Shown in pieces: positions 1 to 8,887 of a stretch of 64,000 bases of DNA. Positions within the stretch are counted from its first letter, which is position 1; every line of letters begins with the position of its first letter. Source of the DNA: Patescibacteria group bacterium (GTDB lineage: Bacteria; Patescibacteriota; Minisyncoccia; Phycocordibacterales; Phycocordibacteraceae); contig JAJDCJ010000008.1 of the NCBI GenBank assembly GCA_029260935.1, positions 3,905 through 67,904 on the forward strand, in the 5' to 3' direction. A program made the position numbers and the translations under genes. A model generated the notes under the pieces. The model was not told where the DNA came from. It saw only the letters and a program-made list of their open reading frames with translations, and did not search any database.

Positions 1-2
1 CT

Positions 3-3000
3 GGAGGAAACGATTGGGATATTGTTGCGGGATTACCTGGAGCAAATAATACCAACTTCAGCATTTACGATGTTACTGATGCTGCAACTCGTTTGACTAT
101 AGACACTACTGGCAACGTCGGCATTGGCACTACCAGCCCCGGCACGCTCTTTGCCCTTGGCGACACCGGCGCAAACACCATCAACATTTCCCCAACTGCC
201 ACCTCTACGTTCGGAAGCGGTCTCAACATCCGCACTGGCTGTTTTGCGGTAAATGGAACCTGTGTTGGCGGTGGGGGAGGTAGTGGCACCCCAGGGGGCA
301 CAGACGGACAGGTGCAGTACAACAATGGCAGTGCCTTCGGCGGCGCGTCTGCACTTTTCTATGACGACATAAACAATCTCGTTGGCATTGGTACGACGAG
401 TCCTGGATATAAACTTGAAGTGTATGGCACTGGAACCACAGGTGGCATTTTGATTGACGATAGTAGCACCTCGTCTGCCGCTCCACTACTCGAGGTAAAA
501 GGACGACGTTCGGACGCGAATGTTTCGCAATCATTTTCTGCAGGACTGGCACTGGCAGGTTTACGCACTGACGCAACAGTCGGTAGCGCCAAACATCTCG
601 GAACAGTTTATTTCGGCGGTAACCACACCGATGGTGCCGATACAAATCTTCTCTATAGCGCCTCAATTTCCGGTATTTCTGAAGGGACTTTCAGTAACGG
701 AACAACAATGCCAACAGGGCTCGCGTTTTACACTGGCTCAACCGGCACGGCGCTCGGCACCGCAAACCAAACTTTTGGCACAGAACGTCTCCGTATTACT
801 AACGCCGGCAACGTCGGCATCGGGACGACGAGTCCATTGGATACGTTTGATGTTGCAGGAAACATTGGTCTTACCGGTGCGGTAACGCGCCAGATACTAT
901 TGCGTGGTGGAGCAGCGAGTTCTGTGCTTTCTATTGATTTTCCTGAAACGACAGCAACAGAGACAAACCAATTCCGATTGTTTCGTAGCACCACCCAAGC
1001 CGCCGCTTCTGCTCTCCAAATTTACAAAGGTGACAATACCACAAGTGTTCAGACAAACCTCTCTTCATTTGGAAACTCGTACATCAATGCATTAGCAGGC
1101 AACGTCGGCATCGGGACAACAAGTCCGGCAAATAGTTCAAAACTTGGCGTTGAGGGCAGTTTATATTTCACTCAAGGGTTTAAGTACCACGACACAGGAG
1201 TTGTTTCAGCAAGTATCGGCTCTGCGGCTTCAACGGATATCGGGCTTACATTTGACCACCCTACAACTGATTGGAACATTGGTATTGATAACAGTGATAG
1301 TCAGGCATTCAAAATTGCAAATGGTGCCATTGGGGTTGCCGATAAAGTAACTATCACCACCTCCGGCAACGTCGGCATCGGGACAACAAGTCCGTATAAA
1401 AAGCTCTCGGTTGATGGCGATGGAGTGTTTGCGTCTACCGGACCGGTTGAGCTTATACTCCATGCAGATACAGACAATGTTACGGAAACTGACAACCCGC
1501 GCATTATATTCAAACAAGACGGTACGGCTGTTGTTGGTCGGGTCGGGTACAAATCCGGCACAAACTCTTTGGAAATAATAAATGAATTTACTGACAAGCT
1601 TAGTTTAGGAACAAACAATGTCGACCGCCTTACCATAGACTCCGCCGGCAACGTCGGCATCGGTGATACAACTCCTGGAGTTACATTGGATGTAGAAGGA
1701 AATATACGTTCTCAAGGATCACTAGCAGGTCTTATATTCAACGATAGGTCGGCAGGCGCTGCATGGCAGTGGTATGCCTCAGGTGGTACCGCTAGGTTGT
1801 ACAACGGGTCCGATAAGTTTGCTATCGATTCCTCAGGCAACGTCGGGGTCGGCAATACAGCGCCTAATGCTCTTTTGCATATCGGAGCGAATATCAGCAG
1901 TGAGTTAGGTGTATTGGTAGCAAACCAGCAGACAGCACTCGCCACCACGCTCAATGCCAACCAGCCCGTGGCAACATTTTCAGCCGGTAACACCTTGAAT
2001 GATTTCAAAAATACGCTCTATGTTGTTCGGGATACTGCGGCGGGAACAGATTGGACAACGACCAGGTGGCACGATGCAATAAATGTAGACAACTCCTTCC
2101 TTACGCCGAGGACCGACACAAAAGTATGGTGGGAACGCGACCCGAACAACAACATCCAATCATGGGGCAATGCGGCAAGCACCTACCTCACCATCAACGC
2201 AGGCAAAGTCGGGATTGGCACGGTAAGTCCTTCACAAGCACTCATGGTGTCTGGCATCGCATACGCAACTAGTGGGTTTCGCGGTCCGAGTAATGTGACT
2301 GGTGCAACAGTTAGTGATGTCGTCGCATCAGGTTGTGATTTTGAAGGAAGCATGATAACCAGTGGTGGTATTGTTACTACATTCACCTCTGCTTCCAGCT
2401 GTGCAAGCGGGTTTTCAGACGAGCGACTGAAAACAAACATCACGTCGACAGAAGACGGGTACGGCCTTGATGAAATTCTCCAGTTGCAACCGATAACGTA
2501 CAACTGGCTTGGTTCCAGCTTTAGCACAACAACACAGCTCGGGTTTATTGCCCAGGACATTGAGTTAGTGTTCCCTGAACTTATAACGGATTTCGGTACA
2601 ACCACTATTACGCTTCCTGACGGCGCAACCACTACAATTTCACACACGCTCGGGTTGAAGTATGGTGTGTTGACCGTGCCATTAGTGAAAGCAGTACAGG
2701 AACTGTACGCGATGATGGTTGACGTGAAAGAGCAGGTGCTCGCGCTCGTTGACCGCGTTACTGGTGTTGAAAGCAGGGTGGCGAGCTTGGAAGCCGAGAA
2801 CGCACAGCTTACCGCGCGCCTCTCTTTGATCGAATCCGCCCTCGCTTCCGGTACTCTCACTCCAAATATCTTGACGTCCGACGTCAAGATATCGGACGCT
2901 GACACCGAAGCTCCCGTCATTACCATGAACGGCAACAACCCAGCAACCATTGCAGTGGGCGACACCTACGCCGACCTCGGCGCAAGCGTCACCGACAACA

Positions 3001-3401
3001 TTGATCAAAACATCGGCATCCACACCTTTATTAATGACGGGGAAGTGACCACCGTGACGCTCGACACCAGCACCTCTACCACCTACACCATTACCTACCG
3101 CGCCACCGACCAAGCAGGGAACATTGGAGAGGCAACCCGCACCGTGGTTGTTGGTAGAGAAGAAGCACCACTTCCTGAGACAGTCACAGAACCCACCGCA
3201 ACCACGACACCGTCTATCGTAGAGGAAGCGTCAGCACCCACCACACCACCTGTAGTTGTAGAAACGAGTGAAGAAACACCACATGCGTCATCCACACCTG
3301 AGGCACTACCTGCCCCTGTAACTGCCGTTGAAACACCACCTGTTGTAGAGGAAGAGTCAGCACCCACGACACCGCCTTTGGGGGAGGAAGCAGTTAATTA
3401 G
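3..3401 (+). CDS. Giant repeat-containing surface/tail-fibre-like protein, 5'-partial. The reading frame is open from window position 3; the track shows a TTG at 93. It carries about 9 GNVGIGTTSP repeats, then an S74 intramolecular chaperone autoprocessing domain (SDERLKTNI...YNW...GFIAQDIELVFPEL), a coiled coil, an Ig-like (DUF5011-like) module and a Pro/Thr-rich tail.
   Basis: Long ORF with no stop back to the window start in the same frame. Periodic 'xRLTIDxxGNVGIGTTSP' repeats. The motif S-D-E-R-L-K-T-N-I followed by 'LQPITYNW' and 'GFIAQDIELVFPELI' matches the Peptidase_S74/CIMCD consensus from memory. The C-terminal 'APVITMNGNNPATIAVGDTYADLGASVTD' resembles bacterial Ig-like DUF5011. 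Confidence 0.8.
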   Translation, partial: GGNDWDIVAGLPGANNTNFSIYDVTDAATRLTIDTTGNVGIGTTSPGTLFALGDTGANTINISPTATSTFGSGLNIRTGCFAVNGTCVGGGGGSGTPGGTDGQVQYNNGSAFGGASALFYDDINNLVGIGTTSPGYKLEVYGTGTTGGILIDDSSTSSAAPLLEVKGRRSDANVSQSFSAGLALAGLRTDATVGSAKHLGTVYFGGNHTDGADTNLLYSASISGISEGTFSNGTTMPTGLAFYTGSTGTALGTANQTFGTERLRITNAGNVGIGTTSPLDTFDVAGNIGLTGAVTRQILLRGGAASSVLSIDFPETTATETNQFRLFRSTTQAAASALQIYKGDNTTSVQTNLSSFGNSYINALAGNVGIGTTSPANSSKLGVEGSLYFTQGFKYHDTGVVSASIGSAASTDIGLTFDHPTTDWNIGIDNSDSQAFKIANGAIGVADKVTITTSGNVGIGTTSPYKKLSVDGDGVFASTGPVELILHADTDNVTETDNPRIIFKQDGTAVVGRVGYKSGTNSLEIINEFTDKLSLGTNNVDRLTIDSAGNVGIGDTTPGVTLDVEGNIRSQGSLAGLIFNDRSAGAAWQWYASGGTARLYNGSDKFAIDSSGNVGVGNTAPNALLHIGANISSELGVLVANQQTALATTLNANQPVATFSAGNTLNDFKNTLYVVRDTAAGTDWTTTRWHDAINVDNSFLTPRTDTKVWWERDPNNNIQSWGNAASTYLTINAGKVGIGTVSPSQALMVSGIAYATSGFRGPSNVTGATVSDVVASGCDFEGSMITSGGIVTTFTSASSCASGFSDERLKTNITSTEDGYGLDEILQLQPITYNWLGSSFSTTTQLGFIAQDIELVFPELITDFGTTTITLPDGATTTISHTLGLKYGVLTVPLVKAVQELYAMMVDVKEQVLALVDRVTGVESRVASLEAENAQLTARLSLIESALASGTLTPNILTSDVKISDADTEAPVITMNGNNPATIAVGDTYADLGASVTDNIDQNIGIHTFINDGEVTTVTLDTSTSTTYTITYRATDQAGNIGEATRTVVVGREEAPLPETVTEPTATTTPSIVEEASAPTTPPVVVETSEETPHASSTPEALPAPVTAVETPPVVEEESAPTTPPLGEEAVN
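2865..2891. repeat. REP-A palindromic element (atatcttGACGTCCGACGTCaagatat), in-frame inside ORF1 (encodes ...NILTSDVKISD...)
   Basis: Perfect 27-nt palindrome sharing the 13-nt core GACGTC-S-GACGTC with at least 7 other copies in the window. Confidence 0.8.
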
Positions 3402-3821
3402 CATACAGAACCTGCAGAAAAAACACTGAAAGGTATCAACTAAGAAATCCTCAACGAAAAAACTGTGGAAAACAATTGGGTGTTTAATGATCCTTATTCT
3501 ATCCATTGGTAGATTAAAAATAGTTACTAAAAAACATAAAAACCACTTCGTTTGTTTTTTAGTTGCTCTTTTTAAATTATCTCGGCAAGACGAGATATGT
3601 TTATTCTATTAGGTGTGTCGGTAATATTTTTCTAATAAACTACAGCACCAATGTTTTTTACTTCAGGTGGACAGTGTGCTAATTAGCTTACTCCCAGTAG
3701 GTTTTTTTGAAACTATCAGACTACATTAACTGAAATGAAGTGGAAAAAAGGCAGATAAGACTTTTTAAAAAACCACAAACCTCCGACAAACCTAGTTAAA
3801 ATAAGGGTATGTCGGAGGTTT

Positions 3822-6800
3822 ATGGATTATATATCTGAAAAAAATAAAGAACTAAAAAATGAAGGCACCGACGTTCTTGTCTCATCGTCTGACGCTGCAA
3901 AAGTGCTCGGGTGCACACCAGACCATATTGCCAGACTTTGCCGGAAAGGAGAGTTGCGGTGTGTTCGTATTGAAAAACGATGGAAAGTATACAGAGCTTC
4001 CTTAGATCACTACTCATTATTTGCTCAAGAGCGAGCTGAAGAACTCCAAAGAAAACTTTCTGAAGAAAGAAAACAAGAATACCAACAAAAGAATGGACAT
4101 AGAAAACACAGCACATATCGTCCGACATCACCTTCTTTTTCTTCACATCCATACCATACCAACAAAATTTATTTTATTAGTTTATACACAGTGTTTGTTT
4201 TTACAGCGCTTCCTCTTTCTTTGCTCGCCGCGCAAATTTTTAACTATGAAAGAATAAAAGAATTAGTGCAGGGGAACCCTGCACCACTTTTTGAAGAAAT
4301 AAAAACAGTTACTCACTCGGTACAACAAACTATTGCTTCAGCTACTCGCGCACCACTTGGAAGCGGACAGTATGATTCCTCTTCATATGTTGCACTCGCA
4401 CTCCAACCACAAGCACTATTCAGTGCATTCAGTGATTGGTTGTGGGGCGAACCACAACTATATACACCGCCTGCGCTTGGTGTACCGCGCCGGCAAGAAA
4501 CATCAAATAACACTACGACCAGCATTGAAAGAACCCCCACCACCGTCATCCGCAACGTCACCGAACAGGTCACGGTAACTGGTGTCAGCAACGACACACT
4601 CATCACCAGACTGCAGGAACTTGAAAACAAACTTCGCTCTGAGATTCTGGTGTACTCTGCTCGTTCAGACCGCGGGAGCTCTGGAAACTATCGTGCCATT
4701 TCTCTCACCAATGCCATTCATCAGCTCACCAACACCACTATTACAACCCCAACTGTTTCAGGTGGTTCTTTCACTGACGGATCTTTTTCAGGCACATTCA
4801 GCGGACCTATCTCAGGAGGAACAGGAAGCTTCTCAACACTCACTGCATCAGGTGCAACGACACTTGACTCAACCTTGAGCGCCGCAACCACTACCCTTTC
4901 AGGCGCACTCACGGTTTCCGGTACCGCAACATCCTCTATCGCCGGACAGTTAGGACTTTCGTTTGCCCCAACTGAAGCCCACACGTTTGGCGCATGGGCA
5001 ACGGGTGTGGCAAGCAGTAGTGCGGCAAACGCCTCCCTCTACATCAACCCAAGCACCGCCACCGCAGACAGCAACCTCTTCGGTGTGGCAGTGAATGGCG
5101 CAGTCAAGTTTCTTGTTGATGCCGAGGGTGACATATTCGCAAACTCACTTACCGCATCCGGCGGCGTCACTCTCGCAACCACCACGGCTTCCACCTTTAC
5201 CGTGGAAGGCGACACCACTCTTGGCGATGCTGCCACCGACAATCTCACCATCACCGCCCGTCTCATCTCCGACCTCATTCCCAAGACGGCAAATACGTAC
5301 GACCTCGGTACCACCACCCTCGGCTTCCGCAGTGGTTTCTTCAACACCTCGCTTCTCATTGGCAACACCGCAACCACAACCATTCGTGGTGACCAAGCGA
5401 CCTCAACCTTTGCAAGCGGTATTGAAGCATCTAGGCAAATCACCGCGCCATTCTTTCAGGCAACGAGTACCTCCGCCACCTCAACCTTTGCGGGTGATGT
5501 CACCGTCTCTGGAAAAACCACCCTCGGCACTGCCTCCACTACACAAATCAGTGCCACATACGCCTCATCAACAAATGCATTCTTTGGTTCACTCTCGGTT
5601 GGCTCTCTCACCGGATTCCTCAAAGCAACCGCGGGATCAGTCGCCACCTCACTCATTGACCTGACGTCTGACGTCTCTGGTATACTCGGCACCACCTTCG
5701 GCGGCACCGGCTGGGGCACCATCACCGCAAACACACTCCTTGTGGGAAACGGCACTAACAAATTGGCGACCACCACTGCCGGCACCAACGGACAGGTACT
5801 CGCACTCGTTGGGGGCACGCCAAGCTGGGTGGCAACCACCACGTTCTCAAGCGGGCTCACATACACGGGAGGGAATGTGACAGCGGACCTCGGCACCAGC
5901 GTTGACTTAACGAGTGAAGTCACGGGAACACTCCCGGTGAGCAATGGCGGAACGGGGGCGACGACGTTTACCAACAATCGCCTTCTCACAGGTAACAGCA
6001 CCAGCGCACTCGTTGACGAAGCAAACCTCACCTTTGACGGTTCACTTCTTACTGTTACAGGCAACGCATCCACCACCCAACTTGGCTCAACAGGTTCTTC
6101 ATACTTTGCAACGAGCGGCGGCAACGTCGGTATTGGCACCACAACGCCAAATGCAAAATTGGCCATAAATACCGGTGTTTCCGGACAGCTCGTGCTGTGG
6201 AAGGGTTCGGGTGCACAATCCGGTATCGCATCAGGGCAGGTTGGTGGAGCAAATACGCTGGAATTTACTACAGATGACGCCGCCGGTGGTCAGGCAACGA
6301 GGTTATTACTGAGAGGGACCACCGCCGATGCCGATACTGAATTTTATAGAGGGGCACGAGGTGCGGAAATTCTTACTTTGTTTATAGAGGGGTCAAACGG
6401 GAATGTCGGTATTGGCAGTACCACTCCATTTGCAACGCTTGCAGTCAATCCTATTGCCGGCGACACCAACCAGTTTGTGGTGGGGAGTTCAACCGCAACC
6501 AGTTTTATTATTAACAGTGCCGGCAACGTGGGAGTTGGAGTGACAGACCCGGACAAGACACTTGAAGTGTTTGAAACGGTTGCCGATAGTCAGCTGAAAC
6601 TCTCCTACGACGCCACGCGCTACACCACCTTCCAAGTTACTTCCGTGGGCGACCTGGTGATAGACGCGCAGGGAGGCGATGCGTCGCTTTTGGATGAAAA
6701 CCTCTTTGTGTGTGCCGGCGGTTCCTGCCCTGCCGGCACACCAACGGGCACAGGAAACTTTATAGTTGAGCGTGGTATCGGTGTGGCGTCAGCCACACCG

Positions 6801-7157
6801 ATAACCGGTATTTCGGTGGGTGCCGACAGTGCCATTGTAACGACTGAAAAAAATGTTGCCGACGCCGCTCCTATTACCATTGACTGGGACAACGGCAACC
6901 AACAGCTCATCCGCCTTGCGGCAAGCCGCACCGTGAACTTCTCTAACGTTAAAGCGGGGCAGACACTCCGCTTAACGGTGTGCACGACAGCAAGTTCCCG
7001 ATTGGTCACCTGGGGTTCTACTATTCGCTGGTCGGGTGGCACGGCGCCCACGCAAACGGCAACCGCCAACAAGTGCGATGTGTTCTCGTTCCTTGGTACC
7101 CTTGGTCACACGGGAAGTGCAGTGCTAATTTTCGGCGCGTCAACGCTTAATTTTTAG
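3822..7157 (+). CDS. Giant Thr/Ser/Gly-rich surface protein with an N-terminal HTH (excisionase/HTH_17-like) domain and one TM helix, then about 1000 aa of repetitive extracellular sequence including GNVGIGTTTP-type repeats
   Basis: 1111-aa ORF. The N-terminus 'AAKVLGCTPDHIARLCRKGELRCVRIEKRWKVY' is HTH_17-like. A hydrophobic segment 'IYFISLYTVFVFTALPLSLLAAQIF' follows. Low-complexity T/S/G/A repeats and 'SGGNVGIGTTTPNAKLAIN', 'NGNVGIGSTTPFATLAVN' and 'AGNVGVGVTDPDKTLEV' motifs are shared with ORF1. Confidence 0.75.
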   Translation: MDYISEKNKELKNEGTDVLVSSSDAAKVLGCTPDHIARLCRKGELRCVRIEKRWKVYRASLDHYSLFAQERAEELQRKLSEERKQEYQQKNGHRKHSTYRPTSPSFSSHPYHTNKIYFISLYTVFVFTALPLSLLAAQIFNYERIKELVQGNPAPLFEEIKTVTHSVQQTIASATRAPLGSGQYDSSSYVALALQPQALFSAFSDWLWGEPQLYTPPALGVPRRQETSNNTTTSIERTPTTVIRNVTEQVTVTGVSNDTLITRLQELENKLRSEILVYSARSDRGSSGNYRAISLTNAIHQLTNTTITTPTVSGGSFTDGSFSGTFSGPISGGTGSFSTLTASGATTLDSTLSAATTTLSGALTVSGTATSSIAGQLGLSFAPTEAHTFGAWATGVASSSAANASLYINPSTATADSNLFGVAVNGAVKFLVDAEGDIFANSLTASGGVTLATTTASTFTVEGDTTLGDAATDNLTITARLISDLIPKTANTYDLGTTTLGFRSGFFNTSLLIGNTATTTIRGDQATSTFASGIEASRQITAPFFQATSTSATSTFAGDVTVSGKTTLGTASTTQISATYASSTNAFFGSLSVGSLTGFLKATAGSVATSLIDLTSDVSGILGTTFGGTGWGTITANTLLVGNGTNKLATTTAGTNGQVLALVGGTPSWVATTTFSSGLTYTGGNVTADLGTSVDLTSEVTGTLPVSNGGTGATTFTNNRLLTGNSTSALVDEANLTFDGSLLTVTGNASTTQLGSTGSSYFATSGGNVGIGTTTPNAKLAINTGVSGQLVLWKGSGAQSGIASGQVGGANTLEFTTDDAAGGQATRLLLRGTTADADTEFYRGARGAEILTLFIEGSNGNVGIGSTTPFATLAVNPIAGDTNQFVVGSSTATSFIINSAGNVGVGVTDPDKTLEVFETVADSQLKLSYDATRYTTFQVTSVGDLVIDAQGGDASLLDENLFVCAGGSCPAGTPTGTGNFIVERGIGVASATPITGISVGADSAIVTTEKNVADAAPITIDWDNGNQQLIRLAASRTVNFSNVKAGQTLRLTVCTTASSRLVTWGSTIRWSGGTAPTQTATANKCDVFSFLGTLGHTGSAVLIFGASTLNF

Positions 7158-7209
7158 AGTATGGAATATAGAATATGGAGTATGGAAAGGAGTATAGAAA
7201 ATAAAACAT

Positions 7210-7569
7210 ATGTCAGACACCTATAAACACCTCACCGTTTGGAAAGATTCTGTAACTTTCGCAACTGAAATATATTCAGCTACACGGGAATTTCCACAAA
7301 GCGAGCTTTTTGGACTGACCTCGCAACTGCGGCGTGCAGCCGTTTCAGTTGCTGCAAACCTTGCAGAAGGAGCCGGGAGGAATTCCAAGAAGGATTTTGC
7401 ACGTTTTGTAGATATCGCACTCGGTTCGTTAAATGAAGTGGAAACCCTGCTAAAAATTGCAGAAAACATCGGTTACTTGTCGTCCTCGGTCTATAGTGGG
7501 CTTTTTGATTCAACGCAATCAATCGGGAAGGCTCTTGGTGGTCTTCGTAAATATCTTAAGCACACATAA
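7210..7569 (+). CDS. Four-helix-bundle protein of the 23S rRNA intervening-sequence / Avd-like family
   Basis: 119 aa. 'WKDSVTFATEIYSATREFPQSELFGLTSQLRRAAVSVAANLAEG...FVDIALGSLNEVETLL' matches the TIGR02436/PF05635 pattern from memory. Confidence 0.75.
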   Translation: MSDTYKHLTVWKDSVTFATEIYSATREFPQSELFGLTSQLRRAAVSVAANLAEGAGRNSKKDFARFVDIALGSLNEVETLLKIAENIGYLSSSVYSGLFDSTQSIGKALGGLRKYLKHT

Positions 7570-7573
7570 TTTT

Positions 7574-8761
7574 ATGCCTAAACCACATTCCACATTCCAC
7601 ATTCCGTACTCTCTTCTCCTCATACTCTCCATTCCTCTTTTCTTTGTTGGAGCCGAATTCGCGTGGCAGTGGTACCACGCGAATTCGGCGGGGAACGACC
7701 CACTCCTAAAAGAGCGCATGGTGGTTTCCAGTGAAATTATTGGTAGTGAAGTGCGTTATACATATCTGGGGGAGAAACTACCCGAACTCCTTGTTGAAGG
7801 AGAGGTCGTGCGCTTACGCACAGAAACTTCGTTCAGCAGGGAGGTACACCGCACGAAAGAAGAGGTAACGCGCGAACAGGTTTCCTACCCGCGCCAAGCG
7901 TTCGCCCGCGACGTGCTTGGCGCGTGGTATTACGCGGAACACGCCACCACCACGCGCGAAGCATTTTTGAAAAAAAGCGCTTTCAGATACACCACCACTC
8001 TAGCTAAGTCAGTGTTCTTCTCTGTTGCCTATGCAGTAACCGACACCGTTTTTTCGCACGCCGGTGACGGATATATATCCGGCCTCGGCTTACAGTTTGG
8101 CACGGGGCCTATTAAACAGGCGGCGGCGTGGGGTGCAGCGCATAGTGCGACCAGTGGTGTTGTGAAATCCACTGCCACCACCTTATCAGCTCTTTCTCAA
8201 ATTTCCGATGACCTGGACGTCGTTCAGGCAGATATTGACAGGGTATTCGTTCCGTTTAACACCTCAACAATTTCTTCTTCGGCAGTTATTAGCTCAGCGT
8301 CCTTAAACCTCTATGTTGTTTCAAAGAACAATCAAGATAATGATGGCACTGATTTTGTTACCGTTATTCGGACTGACAACGCCGACTACACCACACTCGT
8401 CAGCGCCGACTACAACAATGCGGGGGCCACATCCAACCCTACTGAAGGCGTTGATACCGGGCAGAGGAAAGACATCACTTCTATTACTACGGGTGCGTAC
8501 TTGGTGTTTACACTGAATACAACGGGAATAGGGTGGATTGCCTTAAGTGGGCAGGCAAGCAACTGTTCCACCGCAACCGGCATTAGCTGTTTTGGGGTGC
8601 GTGAAGGACATGATGTGATTAATAGCCAGGTAGTTGAGAATACCACCAGCTCCGTCACCTTCAGTAGTGCGGAAGCAACTGGCACGTCCCAAGATCCGTT
8701 TCTTTCCGTGACCTACACCGTGCCAAACTTATTCGCGCCGTGGATGTTTGAGCCGTTTTAA
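7574..8761 (+). CDS. Hypothetical secreted/membrane-anchored protein. The track ORF starts at 7457; the likely start is the ATG at 7574, after the upstream gene's stop.
   Basis: Long ORF with an N-terminal hydrophobic segment 'YSLLLILSIPLFFVGA'. No recognisable catalytic motifs. Confidence 0.5.
   Translation: MPKPHSTFHIPYSLLLILSIPLFFVGAEFAWQWYHANSAGNDPLLKERMVVSSEIIGSEVRYTYLGEKLPELLVEGEVVRLRTETSFSREVHRTKEEVTREQVSYPRQAFARDVLGAWYYAEHATTTREAFLKKSAFRYTTTLAKSVFFSVAYAVTDTVFSHAGDGYISGLGLQFGTGPIKQAAAWGAAHSATSGVVKSTATTLSALSQISDDLDVVQADIDRVFVPFNTSTISSSAVISSASLNLYVVSKNNQDNDGTDFVTVIRTDNADYTTLVSADYNNAGATSNPTEGVDTGQRKDITSITTGAYLVFTLNTTGIGWIALSGQASNCSTATGISCFGVREGHDVINSQVVENTTSSVTFSSAEATGTSQDPFLSVTYTVPNLFAPWMFEPF
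7652..7689. repeat. Perfect 15-bp inverted repeat (GCCGAATTCGCGTGG / CCACGCGAATTCGGC) with an 8-nt loop, inside the CDS
   Basis: Seen directly in the sequence. In-frame, encoding 'AEFAWQWYHANSA'. Confidence 0.7.
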
Positions 8762-8887
8762 CTCATGAGAGATTATGTACCATTACGTCTACATCTTACA
8801 AAGTTCAAAAGACCACAAGTGGTATACCGGTGCCACTAAATCGCTTCTTATCTCTAACGGGCTGAAGTCTGTATAATCAACATATAT

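Noticed and set aside
2183-2965. Long antisense ORFs inside the giant surface-protein genes (for example 2183-2965 -, 5456-6166 -, 9133-9699 -, 6620-7072 -)
   Set aside because: They are embedded opposite much longer repeat-rich ORFs that carry clear domain signatures. The biased codon composition of Thr/Gly/Ala-rich genes produces stop-free antisense frames.
7652-7689. Vector or linker contamination suggested by the EcoRI-KpnI-EcoRI palindrome
   Set aside because: The segment is in-frame within a long native ORF and its flanks are contiguous genomic sequence. It is more likely a natural palindromic insertion, though worth a read-level check.
7210-8761. A complete diversity-generating retroelement around the Avd-like gene
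   Set aside because: There is no reverse transcriptase ORF; the only YADD in the window is within gyrB. No template/variable repeat pair could be found by eye near the C-termini of neighbouring genes.
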